Assembly: GCA_052168235.1 (NCBI GenBank)
Contig: JBQLZK010000004.1
Span: 133,673-197,672, forward strand
DNA: 64,000 nt
Source of the DNA: Thainema sp.
GTDB lineage: Bacteria > Cyanobacteriota > Cyanobacteriia > Phormidesmidales > Phormidesmidaceae
Direction: 5' to 3'
Shown piece by piece: positions 61,737 through 64,000 of the stretch. Numbering within the stretch: position 1 is the stretch's first letter; every line of letters starts with the position of its first letter. The position numbers and the translations under genes were made by a program. The notes under the pieces were generated by a model, which was not told the origin of the DNA, ran no database searches, and saw only the letters and a program-made list of their open reading frames with translations.

Positions 61737-63335
61737 TTAGCGAGCCGTAGTCATCAACGGCGGACGATTGGGTTCAACAGGTGCCTGGAGCGCATCTTCT
61801 AAATCGGCTCGACCTAGCCGCTCTTCTAAAATATCCATCACTTCACGGCCAAAGTCATTCGGGTTGCGCCGCCACGCTTCCAAACACACTTCGCCAAAGA
61901 ATGAACCCATCGGTTCCGGATTCCACAGCAGCTTGCGCGCCGTCCAGGGCATGACGCTCATAGGATTGTAGTCCGGTTTGAGGATGCCCTCTTTGAAAGC
62001 GTACTCTTCTAAATGTGTGTGGGGTTGAAGCCCAATAAAGAAGATAGCGGGTTCAACTTTATCCGCACCGAATACCTCCTCTAGTGCTCGGTGGTAGGCA
62101 ATGGTTTGGCGAATGGTTTCTGGGCGCTCGTCTACCACGTTAAACGAGTAGTTGACCGAGACAATGTCGTTGAATCCAGCCGCTTTCAGGTCTTTGCAGT
62201 TTTCCAGCACGGTGCGCAGGTTGTAGCCCATCCGCATTTTGCGCACCAGTTCCTGAGAACCGCTGGTGATGCCAATCTCAAAGTAGTTCATCCCGGTTTT
62301 CGCCATTAGGTCGCACAGTTCCGGCGTCAGATTGTCGGCCCGAATGTAGGCGGCCCAGTGAATGTCGTCCATGCCCGCGTCTAAAATCTTCTGCAATAGC
62401 TCAATCGCGTCTGGGATAAACTTACGAGCCGGAATAAACTGGGCATCGGTAAACCAGAAGTTGCGAATGCCGCGATCGTAGAGCTGCTGCATCTCTGCCA
62501 CGACTTCATCCGCCGGATTGATCCGCACCTGCTTGCCTTCAATCACCGTGTAGACGCAGTAGCAGCAGTTGTGGGGACAGCCACGCTTGGTCTGGACGCC
62601 AACGTAAAAGTCCTGCTCTTGCAGGTAGTATTCAAACTCGGGCCAAATCTGATCAATATAGTCGTAATTGCAGGCTGTTTTTTCGATATTGGTCGGCGCT
62701 TCGTGGATCATGCGATCGCGGATCTCTGTCTCACCGACCACATAGCAGCGCTCGTCAAGGAAATCTTCTCCCCGTAGCAGTTTCTCCAGCAGGGCTTCAC
62801 CTTCACCAACGGAAACAATGGTGCCGTTGGGCAGCTTATCGCCAAGCTGCTCGTAGAACACGCTGACCGCACCGCCGCCAACAACGGCTCGGACTTCTGG
62901 GTGATAGCGTCGCGCCCGCTTAAGGCCACGTTTGATTAAGCCCAAGTTGCGCCACAGTTCAGCATAATAAGCCGTTGTGACTTTCAGGCCACCAATTGCG
63001 CCCCGCAGCTTAATAAATGGATTGCGAGCGTAGTAAAACTCAAAGGCATTCTGGAGCGGATTGCCACCCCGTCCGCCTACGGGCGCGTAAATCTGAATGT
63101 CGCGCCAGGAGAAAACCAGCAAATTCGGCTTGAACTGGTCGATGCACTCATCCAGCGCTGAGCTGAAATCCAAGGGTGGCACCGTGCCTAAGTCAAAAAT
63201 GCGCTGTTCAACTCCCGGAAAAAGCTTATGAACATGATCCGCTAGATACACAACCCCGATTGGGAAAATCGGGTTGCACGGAAGTCGAACATATAGGACT
63301 CGATGATGAGCTGTCATATGAGAATGGGTGTTCAT
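61737..63335 (-). CDS. B12-binding-type radical SAM protein (PSII high-light acclimation family)
   Basis: CPHNCCYC, RLPCNPIFPIG, YIRADNL; start uncertain (63317-63365). Confidence 0.85.
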   Translation of the reverse strand: MNTHSHMTAHHRVLYVRLPCNPIFPIGVVYLADHVHKLFPGVEQRIFDLGTVPPLDFSSALDECIDQFKPNLLVFSWRDIQIYAPVGGRGGNPLQNAFEFYYARNPFIKLRGAIGGLKVTTAYYAELWRNLGLIKRGLKRARRYHPEVRAVVGGGAVSVFYEQLGDKLPNGTIVSVGEGEALLEKLLRGEDFLDERCYVVGETEIRDRMIHEAPTNIEKTACNYDYIDQIWPEFEYYLQEQDFYVGVQTKRGCPHNCCYCVYTVIEGKQVRINPADEVVAEMQQLYDRGIRNFWFTDAQFIPARKFIPDAIELLQKILDAGMDDIHWAAYIRADNLTPELCDLMAKTGMNYFEIGITSGSQELVRKMRMGYNLRTVLENCKDLKAAGFNDIVSVNYSFNVVDERPETIRQTIAYHRALEEVFGADKVEPAIFFIGLQPHTHLEEYAFKEGILKPDYNPMSVMPWTARKLLWNPEPMGSFFGEVCLEAWRRNPNDFGREVMDILEERLGRADLEDALQAPVEPNRPPLMTTAR

Positions 63336-63662
63336 GTCGGCTAGGAGTGAACGCGACTGACTCAAACTTAATTAGCTTAATCAGTTGGTTTAGCTCTAAG
63401 CATCTGCCTGAGGCCATTAAAAACCAACAATTCTGAAAATCGTTTCACATAACTTTACGATAACATCCTCTCCCATAGAATCTCTACCTAGATGGAGTCA
63501 CTACCTAATTGAGTCTATGAATCAGATGAGGTGCGATCGCACTCCTAAAACTTGCAGCCACACCTCCAGAAACGCAGTTTCTGACATTCGACGAGGTTCA
63601 GGACGGACGTTGTGTTCGACGGGGTCTGGGGACAATCGAAATGTCCCCAGTAGGGTTGTGAT

Positions 63663-63947
63663 TTAGTTCAGATAACAGGTAAGAATACTAATCTGATCAT
63701 CCGGATGTCGCTGAGCCAAAACTCGCGCCACATCTCCGGCACTGGGACAGGGAATGGGCTGGCTCCATTCGTTGGCTTCGGCAAAGCCGCGTCGATGCAG
63801 GTTTTTGATCGTAACAATAATGTCAGGACGAGAGCCAAGCAGAATAATCCGCAGGGGATGGCGACCGTCGCGAGCCGGATAGCTGGGCTGAGTCGCAGCG
63901 GTTTGTGGTGCGGCATCGGGTGCAGCACCAAGGAAGAGAGTTGTCAT
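63663..63947 (-). CDS. Cyanobacterial hypothetical protein (LLGS..I..TI..LH..GFAE..EWS type)
   Basis: 94-aa ORF, GAGG RBS; motif resembles a multicopy cyanobacterial hypothetical family as I recall it. Confidence 0.6.
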   Translation of the reverse strand: MTTLFLGAAPDAAPQTAATQPSYPARDGRHPLRIILLGSRPDIIVTIKNLHRRGFAEANEWSQPIPCPSAGDVARVLAQRHPDDQISILTCYLN

Positions 63948-64000
63948 TATGGGAACCTCGATTAATTGAGGTTTTGGGACAAGGGTGTCTCATTTGAGAC

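Overview
64-kb stretch of a cyanobacterial chromosome, shown by dense HIP1 GCGATCGC sites, psbD, pcyA, rpaB and pipX. It is mostly core genome: der-ecfT-trpE/pabB-pipX-pipY-sepF-proC, rrf2-cysK-J-domain, an SLH porin, a stand-alone psbD, ppa, speA, plsX-fabH-fabD-plsC, rpaB/radA, clpB, pmgA, ureD, pcyA, a probable mcdAB carboxysome-positioning pair, nfeD-stomatin, a PP2C phosphatase, ftrV and a radical SAM gene. I found no transposase, integrase, RT, CRISPR array, tRNA or rRNA. The most interesting signals are non-coding. (1) About a dozen near-perfect 17-26-bp hairpins, mostly with a GC-NNN-GC apex. Several fall into families that share flanks or terminal inverted repeats but have diverged, still self-complementary arms and an inverted loop. 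(2) A stand-alone ~300-nt structured minus-strand transcript at 18.4-18.7 kb with a perfect Shine-Dalgarno and a 23-codon ORF. (3) Structured leaders upstream of pmgA and sepF. Also found: ndhQ (missing from the ORF track), a Yfr1 sRNA target site on the porin RBS, a PIN toxin frameshifted in a T10 run, and an AT-rich orphan ParA. All calls come from reading motifs by eye; no searches were run.
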